Virus record (IMG/VR): IMGVR_UViG_3300042508_000428
Reading direction: 5' to 3' (one strand)
Source of the DNA: a virus
DNA length: 64,000 nt
Under the pieces are notes generated by a model. That model saw only the letters and a list, made by a program, of their open reading frames with translations, ran no database searches and had not been told where the DNA came from. Below, in pieces: positions 9,977-18,420 of the stretch. Every line of letters begins with the position of its first letter. Position 1 is the first letter of the stretch. The position numbers and the translations under genes are program-made.

Positions 9977-9997
9977 TTGTAAGGGCGGGTGCTGACT

Positions 9998-10216
9998 ATG
10001 AAAATATCATATGAAAGATTAAATGAAATTATTGAAGAAGAAGTTTCTAGATTTAAAAATTTAAATGAACAAGTTGGTAATCCAACTCCTGTTGATTCTT
10101 CTACATTAAAACAACTAAATAGTTTGCTTGATGACGCAAGAAAATTTGCCACGATGAACCAAGCAAATGCTCTCGCAGTAATTTCAGCTGTTTCAAAATT
10201 TAAGGCAACACCATAA
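9998..10216 (+). CDS. Small putative internal head protein with IIEE...LNE leader
   Basis: MKISYERLNEIIEEEVSRFKNLNE; ACTAATTGT motif variant at 9972. Confidence 0.6.
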   Translation: MKISYERLNEIIEEEVSRFKNLNEQVGNPTPVDSSTLKQLNSLLDDARKFATMNQANALAVISAVSKFKATP

Positions 10217-10217
10217 T

Positions 10218-10808
10218 ATGAATAAATATGTTTTAACAGAATTTCTTGAACTTGATAACGATTCTTCTCTTCTAACAGAAGACGATAAGAGAATGATTGA
10301 AGCTGGCGATGTTATTCTTGCTGGCCGTTTACAAAAAGCAGATGCTAAGAACGGCAACGGCAGAGTTTATCCAAAGAGAACTCTCCAAAGAGAAGTGGAA
10401 AACTATAAAAAGCTTGTTCAAGAAAAAAGAGCATTAGGCGAATTAGACCACCCAGATTCTTCTGTTATTGAATTAAAGAATGCTTCTCACATTGTAACAC
10501 ACATTGAGATGAAAGGCGATGAAGTTGTTGGCAAACTAAGACTATTAGATACTCCAGCAGGTAGAATCGCTAAAGATCTTATTAAAGGTGGAGTCAAACT
10601 TGGTGTCTCTTCTCGCGGTCTTGGATCAACAAAAGAACAAAGCGGAGTTACGATGGTACAAGACGACTTCCAATTAATATGCTTTGACCTTGTTTCAGAA
10701 CCATCCACAACTGGTGCTTTCTTATTTAAAGAGCACAAAGAACCAAATATCTTTACAAAATCCGATAAGATTTATAGAGCAATAAACGACATTCTTATTG
10801 GAGAGTGA
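10218..10808 (+). CDS. Prohead core protease (T4 gp21-like)
   Basis: NGRVYP, LGELDHPD, GVSSRGLGS, FDLVSEPST motifs. Confidence 0.95.
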   Translation: MNKYVLTEFLELDNDSSLLTEDDKRMIEAGDVILAGRLQKADAKNGNGRVYPKRTLQREVENYKKLVQEKRALGELDHPDSSVIELKNASHIVTHIEMKGDEVVGKLRLLDTPAGRIAKDLIKGGVKLGVSSRGLGSTKEQSGVTMVQDDFQLICFDLVSEPSTTGAFLFKEHKEPNIFTKSDKIYRAINDILIGE

Positions 10809-10810
10809 TA

Positions 10811-11662
10811 ATGCTGAATGAAGCAATATTACAGAAAGAACTTTACAAGGAGTTAGAACAATTTTTAGCAAGTTCTAATTTCCTAGACGAAGATAATGAA
10901 TTTACTGATTCTGTGAGAGTTGCTGGTTATGGAGAGATTGAACAAACAGAAAGTGCTACTGCATTATCAAAAGCATTAAAAACATTCTTCAAAACCAAAA
11001 AAGTTCCTTTATCTGTTGTTGTATCTACGATAAATCCATCAGATGTTAAAATGGAACCATCCTCACAGACTAACGAACATCCAAATAATTATTTAATCGC
11101 TGCCGAAGCAGGATTAGATCAAAAAGGTAAGATGCAGTTGATACTTCATACTGCGGAAACCTCTGAAGATTTTAATCCGAGCTTAATGAATAAAGATAAA
11201 ATTATTCACAGCATAGCAACAGCAATTAGGCACGAACTAATACACGATAGGCAATACACTGGGTTGTCTAAGAAAATGGGTATTACAAGACCAGAGGCAA
11301 AACAAAAATACGAAGACTGGGGACAAATACCAGGAGCAGATACAGATAGAAAACAATACTTAGGAGCAGACATCGAACTAGATGCTTTTGGTCATGAGTT
11401 TGCTGAATTGCTTGCTCGCAATTTTGGCATAGATAAAGCGATGGAATTGGTCGCCACATCAGATTCTACAGAACTACAAAAAGTAGCAAAAGATATAGAT
11501 TTTGGCGATAATCTTAGAGAATATTATATAGACCATCCACAAGAAAGATTTACAGGCAAATTACAAAAGAAAATAAGAAAATATTTAAAGCATTTTAAAG
11601 ATCAACAGATTTATGAAAACTATTTATATAGTGTTTTGAGAAAAAATTTATTAGAAGGTTAA
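10811..11662 (+). CDS. Zincin-like (HExxH) protein, putative internal head protein
   Basis: IRHELIHDRQY and downstream IELDAFGHE; MLNE leader. Confidence 0.55.
   Translation: MLNEAILQKELYKELEQFLASSNFLDEDNEFTDSVRVAGYGEIEQTESATALSKALKTFFKTKKVPLSVVVSTINPSDVKMEPSSQTNEHPNNYLIAAEAGLDQKGKMQLILHTAETSEDFNPSLMNKDKIIHSIATAIRHELIHDRQYTGLSKKMGITRPEAKQKYEDWGQIPGADTDRKQYLGADIELDAFGHEFAELLARNFGIDKAMELVATSDSTELQKVAKDIDFGDNLREYYIDHPQERFTGKLQKKIRKYLKHFKDQQIYENYLYSVLRKNLLEG
11619..11627 (+). promoter_or_regulatory. Putative late promoter motif ACTATTTAT
   Basis: 45 nt before ATG 11664; would also drive bS21. Confidence 0.55.
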
Positions 11663-11663
11663 T

Positions 11664-12038
11664 ATGACAAAAAGTGAAATGAAAAAAATTATGAAACCAC
11701 TTGTAAAAGAATGTCTCCAAGAGATGCTTTTAGAAGAAGGTTTATTATCAAATCTTATTAGTGAAGTAAATAAAGGTAATAAAACTACCTTCTCTGAATC
11801 TTCTAGAAGAGATCCAACTCCTCTAAGACCAAGAGAGCAAGTTAAACCACAAGCAAAACCACAAATAAACGAAGTTAGAAGAAAATTAGCAGACTCCATA
11901 GGAAATGGAGCATATGCGAATGTCTTCGAAGGAATCGAACCAGCACCAAGTCCAAGTAATCTTGGAGGAGATAATGGAGATCCAGGACTGGATTTATCAG
12001 TCCTTAGTAACATCCCTGGATTAAAGGGATTTAAATGA
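11664..12038 (+). CDS. Hypothetical protein with LLEE leader
   Basis: MTKSEMKKIMKPLVKECLQEMLLEE. Confidence 0.65.
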   Translation: MTKSEMKKIMKPLVKECLQEMLLEEGLLSNLISEVNKGNKTTFSESSRRDPTPLRPREQVKPQAKPQINEVRRKLADSIGNGAYANVFEGIEPAPSPSNLGGDNGDPGLDLSVLSNIPGLKGFK

Positions 12039-12044
12039 GGCGTT

Positions 12045-12287
12045 ATGGCAAACAAGAGAGTTAATGTCGAAGTTAAACTAAGACTAGGCGAACATCAAGA
12101 TAAAATGATCAAAAGATTTCTTAATAAAGTTAAGAAAGAAAAGATTGTTGAAGAGTTACAAAATAGAAGATATTATGAAACTCCAACAGCAAAAAGATCA
12201 AGATTGAAGAATCGTAGAAAGAAAGTACTTGCTAAACTTCGTAGAGAAAGAGAAGCAATCGACAGACCAAAAGAAAAGAAAGATTAA
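12045..12287 (+). CDS. rpsU: Phage-encoded ribosomal protein bS21
   Basis: 80 aa, basic; V.V...E..DKMIKRFLNKVKKEKIVEELQNRRYYETPTAKR matches the bS21 pattern (RF..K......R.YYEKP). Confidence 0.85.
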   Translation: MANKRVNVEVKLRLGEHQDKMIKRFLNKVKKEKIVEELQNRRYYETPTAKRSRLKNRRKKVLAKLRREREAIDRPKEKKD

Positions 12288-12296
12288 ACTATTTAT
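12288..12296 (+). promoter_or_regulatory. Putative late promoter motif ACTATTTAT
   Basis: 30 nt before ATG 12318. Confidence 0.65.
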
Positions 12297-12317
12297 TGGA
12301 AACTAGGAGATTAAAAT

Positions 12318-12746
12318 ATGTCAAATATACAGTGGCCTTATGCTGGGCTTGGAAATGCCCCGTCTTATCAAGTAAGTGGTATTCCATTTGCAACAAGCAG
12401 TAATGCAATTCCTGCTCTTGGCACAGCTCCTTTGCAAATTAGCTTTCCTTATGTAACAAAGAATGTAACAATTCACCTTTTAAATAAAAATAAAAAATTA
12501 AGAGTAGGTTTTAGTCAAAACGGAGTTACTGGTTCTGGAACAAATTATTTTGTAATTGACAGCAATTCTCCTTCTGATCCAATAGTGACTTTTGATGTAA
12601 AGTGTTCCTCTGTTTTTTTATTGAGTGATAGTGCAGACATTTTAACAGGTTCTGTTTATGCAGCATTAACTGGAATACAAACATCCGAGTTACAAGCATC
12701 TGGACCAAATGGAGCAAATTGGTCTGGTTCGTTGGGAGTTGGATAG
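12318..12746 (+). CDS. Putative virion structural protein (S/T/G-rich beta fold)
   Basis: AGGAG SD, late motif, composition, position in head block. Confidence 0.55.
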   Translation: MSNIQWPYAGLGNAPSYQVSGIPFATSSNAIPALGTAPLQISFPYVTKNVTIHLLNKNKKLRVGFSQNGVTGSGTNYFVIDSNSPSDPIVTFDVKCSSVFLLSDSADILTGSVYAALTGIQTSELQASGPNGANWSGSLGVG

Positions 12747-12752
12747 TATAAT

Positions 12753-12761
12753 ACTATTTAT
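12753..12761 (+). promoter_or_regulatory. Putative late promoter motif ACTATTTAT (scaffold-capsid operon)
   Basis: 33 nt before ATG 12786. Confidence 0.7.
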
Positions 12762-12785
12762 TATACAATAAGTGGAGAAACATAT

Positions 12786-14594
12786 ATGAGTTCAATGTTA
12801 GAGCAAGCAATTCTAGATGCTAAAGAATTAAAAGAAGCAGCAATTAAAAACGCCCAACAGTCCATTATCGAGAAATACTCTAATGAATTTGAAGGTGAGA
12901 TAGAAAAACTACTAGAACAAGCCGCTGCTCCAGCTGATCCCGCTGCGGCTGCTCCCGCTGCTGATCCAATGGCCGGTCTTGGTGCTGCTCCTGCGGCTGC
13001 TCCTATGCCCGGTATGACCATGCCAGGATCTGCTCCTGTTGATCCAGAAAAAGCAAAGTCAGACTCAGATAATAAATCTTCAATGTTTGATAAACTAAAT
13101 TATGCTTTTAAAGACGGAGAAGTAATTGAAGATAAAATTTTCCCAACAGGACTTGTTGAGGTAGATTTAGATTCTTTGTCAGAATTTAGTTTTGAAGATA
13201 ATAAAAAAACACCAGAACAAATGGCGTTACAAGAACTTAAAAACCTTTCTCTTAGAGAGCAGATTGAAGAAGAAATGAATGATGACGATGATTATGATTT
13301 CGATTCAGATTCTTTTCCATATGAAGACTCAGAAGAAGAAGATGATGAGAATGAAGAAGAATCAGAAGAAGACGAAGAACTAGACGACGAAGAATTCGAA
13401 GATGAAGACGAATTAGAAATGGACGATGAAGATTTTGAAGATAAAGATATGGAATCCGATTCGGATGAATTAGCAGATTTACAAGATTATAATGATGAAG
13501 GTAGTGTTGACCTAGAAGACGAAGAATCCGATATGGACATTGATATTGAAGACGAAGAGTTTACAGACGACGAAGATATGGAAGATGAAGATCTTTATGG
13601 CACAGAAGACGATGTAGGATTCCACGTTGATTACGATACAGACGAAGAGGATGAAGAATCCGAAGAAGACTATAATCCAGACGCTGACGTAGAAGATTTT
13701 GAAGATGAAGAGTCAGAAGAAGATGTAGACGAAGAAGAAGAGGACTCCGAGGAAGACGAAGAGGACGAAGAATATTATTATGACGACGAAGAGGAAGATT
13801 CTGAGGAAGACGAAGAAGATTCCGAAGAGGACGATGAGGAAGAATCAGAGGACGAGGAAGAAGATTTAGATGAAGCAAGAGATTTAACAGATAAAGAAAA
13901 GTCTAAACTTGACGATATTATTTCAAGATTAGAGAGAGCCTCTAAGTCTATCGAAAAAGGTAGTGCAAAGAATATGGTTGATGCTTCTGCTCGTCAACTA
14001 AAAGATCTACTAGATTCTCTTAAGGGTTCGGATAAAGAAGAACTACAAGAAGCTATTAAACTTGATTGGAAGAGATCTGGTCAAAGATCTCCATTCACCG
14101 GTATGTTTAAAGAAGAGGCAGAGCATGATTACATGCTAGAGCAAGTTCAAGCACAAATTGAAGCATTAGAACAAGAAGTCGAAGAACTTCAAGAATCTAA
14201 TAAAAAACTAAAAAGTGGTTTAAAAGAGTCAATTAATCTTGTTGAAAATTTAACTGATAAAGTTAAAAAATATGAACAAAAATTGCACGAATCAAGATTA
14301 TTGAATTATAAGCTACTATATACTAATAAGGCGCTATCAGATAGTTCCCTAAATGGACAGCAAAAAAATAAAATTGCTGAATCTATTGACGGTGCCAAGA
14401 CAGCTGAAGAAGTAAAATTGCTTTATGAAACATTAAAAAGCACAATGCGGGATGGAACCAGTAGAAGTACACCCAAATCATTGAGCGAGGCAGTTGAAAG
14501 ACGTTCTTCTTCACTTTTGCTAAGAGGCTCTCGTGCGGAGCCTAAGAAGCAAGATGATTTTGCTGAACGTATGAAACGGTTAGCAGGTTTATAA
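12786..14594 (+). CDS. Prohead core scaffolding protein (T4 gp22-like) with very long Asp/Glu tract
   Basis: Immediately upstream of MCP; coiled-coil C-terminus (QKNKIAESIDGAKTAEEVKLLYETL, RMKRLAGL); many LxE sites. Confidence 0.8.
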   Translation: MSSMLEQAILDAKELKEAAIKNAQQSIIEKYSNEFEGEIEKLLEQAAAPADPAAAAPAADPMAGLGAAPAAAPMPGMTMPGSAPVDPEKAKSDSDNKSSMFDKLNYAFKDGEVIEDKIFPTGLVEVDLDSLSEFSFEDNKKTPEQMALQELKNLSLREQIEEEMNDDDDYDFDSDSFPYEDSEEEDDENEEESEEDEELDDEEFEDEDELEMDDEDFEDKDMESDSDELADLQDYNDEGSVDLEDEESDMDIDIEDEEFTDDEDMEDEDLYGTEDDVGFHVDYDTDEEDEESEEDYNPDADVEDFEDEESEEDVDEEEEDSEEDEEDEEYYYDDEEEDSEEDEEDSEEDDEEESEDEEEDLDEARDLTDKEKSKLDDIISRLERASKSIEKGSAKNMVDASARQLKDLLDSLKGSDKEELQEAIKLDWKRSGQRSPFTGMFKEEAEHDYMLEQVQAQIEALEQEVEELQESNKKLKSGLKESINLVENLTDKVKKYEQKLHESRLLNYKLLYTNKALSDSSLNGQQKNKIAESIDGAKTAEEVKLLYETLKSTMRDGTSRSTPKSLSEAVERRSSSLLLRGSRAEPKKQDDFAERMKRLAGL

Positions 14595-14625
14595 TTAACT
14601 TAACTTTAACAAAGGAGAAAACACA

Positions 14626-16455
14626 ATGGCAAGTATAGTCGAAAGATTAACAGAAAATATTGTTGAAAGAAATCTCCTTCGTGAAGGCGCTGCCCTCTCA
14701 AAGAAATGGGAAAGAACAGGTCTTCTAGAAGGAATCGATAGTGAGATGACAAAGACAACCATGTCTCGTCTTCTCGAAAATCAAGCAAAGGAACTACTCC
14801 GCGAAGCTTCCACAATGTCCGCAGGTGACGTTGAAGGTTTCGCAGCAGTTGCATTCCCAATTGTTAGACGCGTATTCGGTGGTCTAATTGCAAATGAACT
14901 CGTTGCAGTTCAACCAATGAGCCTCCCAAGCGGTCTAATCTTCTTCCTTGATTTTACCTATAGCAATGACACAGGAAACAAAACATTCGCTGGTGCAGTC
15001 GGTGGCCAATCTATTTACGGCGGTAACGTTGTAGCTAGCCAAATCACTGGTGGTGTTAGCTTAACTGGTGTTGATGCAAGTGGCGTACAAAACCTAGAAA
15101 AGAGCTTCTACTCTTTAAATAACGGTTTCTCAAGCGTAACTGGCTCAAGAGTGCTTAATCATTCTTGGAATTATGGCAACGCTGGTAAGGCTGGTGCATC
15201 TTCTACGGTTGTTGTTTACCAAACTTCCAGCTGGACAGACGTTGGTCTATCAACTGCTACAGGTAGTTCATTAACTGGCTCAACAGATGCAGCGTTCGTC
15301 GCATACGATCCAGATGTTCTTGCAGACACTTCTGCTTTAACATACCAAAAATTAAGACTATTCTTTGATTTGGGAACTTGGAATCAACTAGATAGAAATA
15401 ATCTAGTAGCAATCAACATTACTGGTTCAACAATTTCTGGTTCATTGGTTAGAAGACTAACTAAATTGGGTCCAGTAAGCCAATCTTTAGATGTAGTTGT
15501 TAAAACAGATGCTGGTGCTCCAATTTCAGAAGTTGGTGTTGCCCCATCTATTGCATCAACAACTTTTGCAATTAGGGATACATTAACAACTGGTAATTCT
15601 ATAGGTTCTGTTCTTACCGATCTATATGGTCTAGAAGGCGCTGGATCTGGTTCAACATTGAATGGTCAGGATATTCCTGGGGCTAACTTTACAATTCCAG
15701 AGATTGACATCAAAGTTGATAGCATCGCTGTAACAGCTCAAACCAAGAAACTCAAGGCCAAGTGGTCACCAGAATTAGGTCAAGACCTAAATGCTTACCA
15801 TAATCTTGACGCCGAAGTTGAGTTAACAAGCATCCTCTCCGAGCACGTTGCTCTTGAAATCGATCAAGAAATCCTCAACGATCTCGTTAAGGGTGCAACA
15901 GCTGGTACTAAGTACTGGAGCCGTAGACCAGGTAAGTTTGTCAACCGTGACACAGGTGCAAGCATCACATCAGTTGGTGCCCCACCAGACTTCACAGGTA
16001 ATGTCAGCATGTGGTATGAAACACTCATTGAAACAATCAATGACGTTTCTGCTCAAATCCACAGAAAGACAAGACGTGGTGGTGCAAACTTCCTCGTAAC
16101 TTCACCAGAAGTTGCTAACCTCCTAGAGTTCACCTCTGGTTTCCGCGCTGATGTCAGCATGGAAGACCTAAAGGGCGGTTCAGTTGGCGCAGTCAAGGCT
16201 GGTAGCCTCAGCAAGAAGTTTGATCTTTATGTTGATCCATATTTCCCACGCAACCTAATCCTAGTTGGTCGTAGAGGCAAGGCATTCCTCGAAAGCGGTT
16301 ATGTCTACGCTCCATACGTCCCACTAATGATTACACCAACAATCTTCGGTACAGAAGACTTTGTACCAAGAAAGGGTCTAATGACTCGCTACGCCAAGAA
16401 GATGGTTCGTCCAGACATGTATGGCCTAGTAGTTTGCCAAGACCTAATTGGTTAA
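14626..16455 (+). CDS. Major capsid protein (T4 gp23-like) with central insertion
   Basis: VQPMSLPSGLIFFLD, KLKAKWSPELGQDL.AYH, ESGYVYAPYVPL, DFVPRKGLMTRYA motifs. Confidence 0.97.
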   Translation: MASIVERLTENIVERNLLREGAALSKKWERTGLLEGIDSEMTKTTMSRLLENQAKELLREASTMSAGDVEGFAAVAFPIVRRVFGGLIANELVAVQPMSLPSGLIFFLDFTYSNDTGNKTFAGAVGGQSIYGGNVVASQITGGVSLTGVDASGVQNLEKSFYSLNNGFSSVTGSRVLNHSWNYGNAGKAGASSTVVVYQTSSWTDVGLSTATGSSLTGSTDAAFVAYDPDVLADTSALTYQKLRLFFDLGTWNQLDRNNLVAINITGSTISGSLVRRLTKLGPVSQSLDVVVKTDAGAPISEVGVAPSIASTTFAIRDTLTTGNSIGSVLTDLYGLEGAGSGSTLNGQDIPGANFTIPEIDIKVDSIAVTAQTKKLKAKWSPELGQDLNAYHNLDAEVELTSILSEHVALEIDQEILNDLVKGATAGTKYWSRRPGKFVNRDTGASITSVGAPPDFTGNVSMWYETLIETINDVSAQIHRKTRRGGANFLVTSPEVANLLEFTSGFRADVSMEDLKGGSVGAVKAGSLSKKFDLYVDPYFPRNLILVGRRGKAFLESGYVYAPYVPLMITPTIFGTEDFVPRKGLMTRYAKKMVRPDMYGLVVCQDLIG

Positions 16456-16478
16456 TCAACTAAGGGTTAATTAAGCAG

Positions 16479-16516
16479 AACCCCTGTCAGGGAAACTTGA
16501 CAGGGGTTTTGTGTTT
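16479..16516 (+). terminator. Intrinsic terminator after MCP
   Basis: AACCCCTGTCA / TGACAGGGGTT stem followed by T-rich tract. Confidence 0.85.
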
Positions 16517-16532
16517 CTGATAAACTATTTAT
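16497..16532 (+). promoter_or_regulatory. Overlapping possible sigma70 promoter (TTGACA-18-TAAACT) and late motif ACTATTTAT before the envelope cassette
   Basis: TTGACA 16497-16502, TAAACT 16521-16526, ACTATTTAT 16524-16532, AGGAG then ATG 16547. Confidence 0.55.
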
Positions 16533-16546
16533 CAAAAGGAGAAACT

Positions 16547-18418
16547 ATGAAAAAACTTTTATTATCTTTATTATTGTTGACTGCATGTGGCGACGATTTA
16601 GGTTGGGAACACAAAGAAACAAAACACGATTGTGCTGATGCAGTTGTTGGAGACAGCGGTGTTTGTAATTTATGTCAAGACGTAACGGAGACAAAAGATG
16701 AGCAATCTGGAACAGAAGAAGTTGTTAGCGATGTTGCTGACAGTACCCAAAGTGACGTTCTCGCTGACAGTGGGAGCGATGACGCTGACGTTTCTGTCCC
16801 TGATGGCGTTACAGGAACGGACACAGAAGATACGCAAGATGCACAAGATGTACCAGAAGATGTAACTCAGGACGTTGCTCCACCACCAGAATGTGTTACG
16901 GCGACCGATTGTGTCGTTATAGCTTTGCCTTGTGTGGCACCAGATTGCCAAGAAGGTAAGTGTGTTAAAGTTCCATTTGATACACCATGTTCCGATAATA
17001 ATGAATGTACGGCAGGCGATCAATGCCAACTTGGTGTATGTGTTGCTGGTATTCAAATTAATTGTGACGATCTAGAATCTTGCACATTAGATTCTTGCGA
17101 GGCAGATAAAGGTTGCGTACATTTGCCAGTTGATGCAACTTGTGTCGATGGAGATGGTTGCACCGCAGAAGATATTTGCAAAGATGGTAAATGTGTAGGC
17201 GGTAAACCATTTAATTGCGATGATGGAAATGTTTGCACAGATGATACTTGCGAGACATTTGGTAAGGATGAAATTCATGTTTGTAATCATTTGCCAAATC
17301 AAGCGACTTGTACAGACAACGATGTTTGCACATTAGATGATGCCTGTGAGGGTGTTGTTTGCAAATCAAAAGCAGTTGCTATTTGTGATGATAATAATGT
17401 TTGTACAGACAATACTTGCGATCCAGCAAATGGTTGTGTTTATTTAGCAAATGTAGCAACTTGTACCGACAATGACGCTTGTACTGTGAATGATTTATGC
17501 TCCGAAACTGTTTGTAAATCTGGATTAGTATTAAGTTGTGCAGATAATAATGAATGTACAACTGATCTATGCAAGTCAGAATCAGGTTGTTATTTTGAGA
17601 ATAACACAAATGTTTGTAGCGATAATAATGTTTGTAGCATTGACGATAAGTGTGAGGCAGGATCATGTATTGCTGGCGCTCAAAAGGTTTGTGATGACGC
17701 TAATCTTTGCACCGTTGATTCATGTGATGCTGTAAATGGATGTGCTTCCGTAAATGCTGTTGATGGTACAAAATGTGCTGAAGGCGTCTGTAAAGACGGC
17801 TCTTGTGCTTGTGTAAGCGGGTTTGGCTGTGCTTTGCCTGCCTTCGTATATACTGGCGATGTGACTGCTGGTATGTTAGGAGGAATGGGTGGTGGTGTCG
17901 GTCCAAAGATGGGTTGCCCTGCTACTGATGTTTTAATCGGTTTAGGTTTTGATTTCAGTAATGGTCAAAAAACAGCCACTAGAACAACTGCCGTTTGTGG
18001 TAAAGTTACAATTGAACAAAATGGAACTGTCATAACAACTCAAACAACTACACAAAAATCAGGTGGTTCTGGATGTTTTGGTTGGGATCCTTCAACTCCA
18101 ACTCCGCTTGTAGTTTGCAAGAGTGGTTGGGCTGTTGTTGGTATTAAAGGCAAAAAACCCGGAGGCACTCTATTCAATTCTGTAAAAGTTGTTTGTGGTA
18201 AACTCGATGTTGCTGGCAAACCAACTGGCGAGACAGAAGTTTTAAATGTAGAAGGAACACTAGGCTCAGGTGTTGATCAAGAAGTATTATGCCCAGAAAA
18301 AACAATTGCTCGTTATTTTGAGACAAGAGCTGGTTGTGGGCAAGATGCTTTGACTATGTATTGTGCTACTGCAACACCAGATTGTACTGGTCAAGAATTA
18401 ATTTGTAAGGATTTATAA
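16547..18418 (+). CDS. Cys-rich repeat lipoprotein with C-terminal jacalin-like (beta-prism lectin-like) domain
   Basis: Start re-assigned to 16547; signal MKKLLLSLLLLTAC (lipobox), acidic linker, ten C-x-D-x-x-x-C-T repeats, three-fold C-P...G...C pattern at the C-terminus. Confidence 0.7.
   Translation: MKKLLLSLLLLTACGDDLGWEHKETKHDCADAVVGDSGVCNLCQDVTETKDEQSGTEEVVSDVADSTQSDVLADSGSDDADVSVPDGVTGTDTEDTQDAQDVPEDVTQDVAPPPECVTATDCVVIALPCVAPDCQEGKCVKVPFDTPCSDNNECTAGDQCQLGVCVAGIQINCDDLESCTLDSCEADKGCVHLPVDATCVDGDGCTAEDICKDGKCVGGKPFNCDDGNVCTDDTCETFGKDEIHVCNHLPNQATCTDNDVCTLDDACEGVVCKSKAVAICDDNNVCTDNTCDPANGCVYLANVATCTDNDACTVNDLCSETVCKSGLVLSCADNNECTTDLCKSESGCYFENNTNVCSDNNVCSIDDKCEAGSCIAGAQKVCDDANLCTVDSCDAVNGCASVNAVDGTKCAEGVCKDGSCACVSGFGCALPAFVYTGDVTAGMLGGMGGGVGPKMGCPATDVLIGLGFDFSNGQKTATRTTAVCGKVTIEQNGTVITTQTTTQKSGGSGCFGWDPSTPTPLVVCKSGWAVVGIKGKKPGGTLFNSVKVVCGKLDVAGKPTGETEVLNVEGTLGSGVDQEVLCPEKTIARYFETRAGCGQDALTMYCATATPDCTGQELICKDL
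16988..17743 (+). repeat. Ten tandem ~25-aa Cys-rich repeats
   Basis: SDNNECT, DDLESCT, VDGDGCT, DDGNVCT, TDNDVCT, DDNNVCT, TDNDACT, ADNNECT, SDNNVCS, DDANLCT. Confidence 0.9.
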
Positions 18419-18420
18419 CA

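Noticed and set aside
13270-13890. Dense GAAGAAGAC/GACGAAGAG repeats that could be mistaken for a CRISPR array or satellite
   Set aside because: Irregular period, in frame, and fully explained by the Asp/Glu tract of the scaffold; no constant repeat with unique spacers
16988-17743. Eukaryotic (slime-mould-like) contamination or misassembly suggested by Cys-rich repeats
   Set aside because: Gene has a bacterial SD, lipobox and the phage late motif, has no introns, and is seamlessly coupled to neighbours; read-level check still advisable
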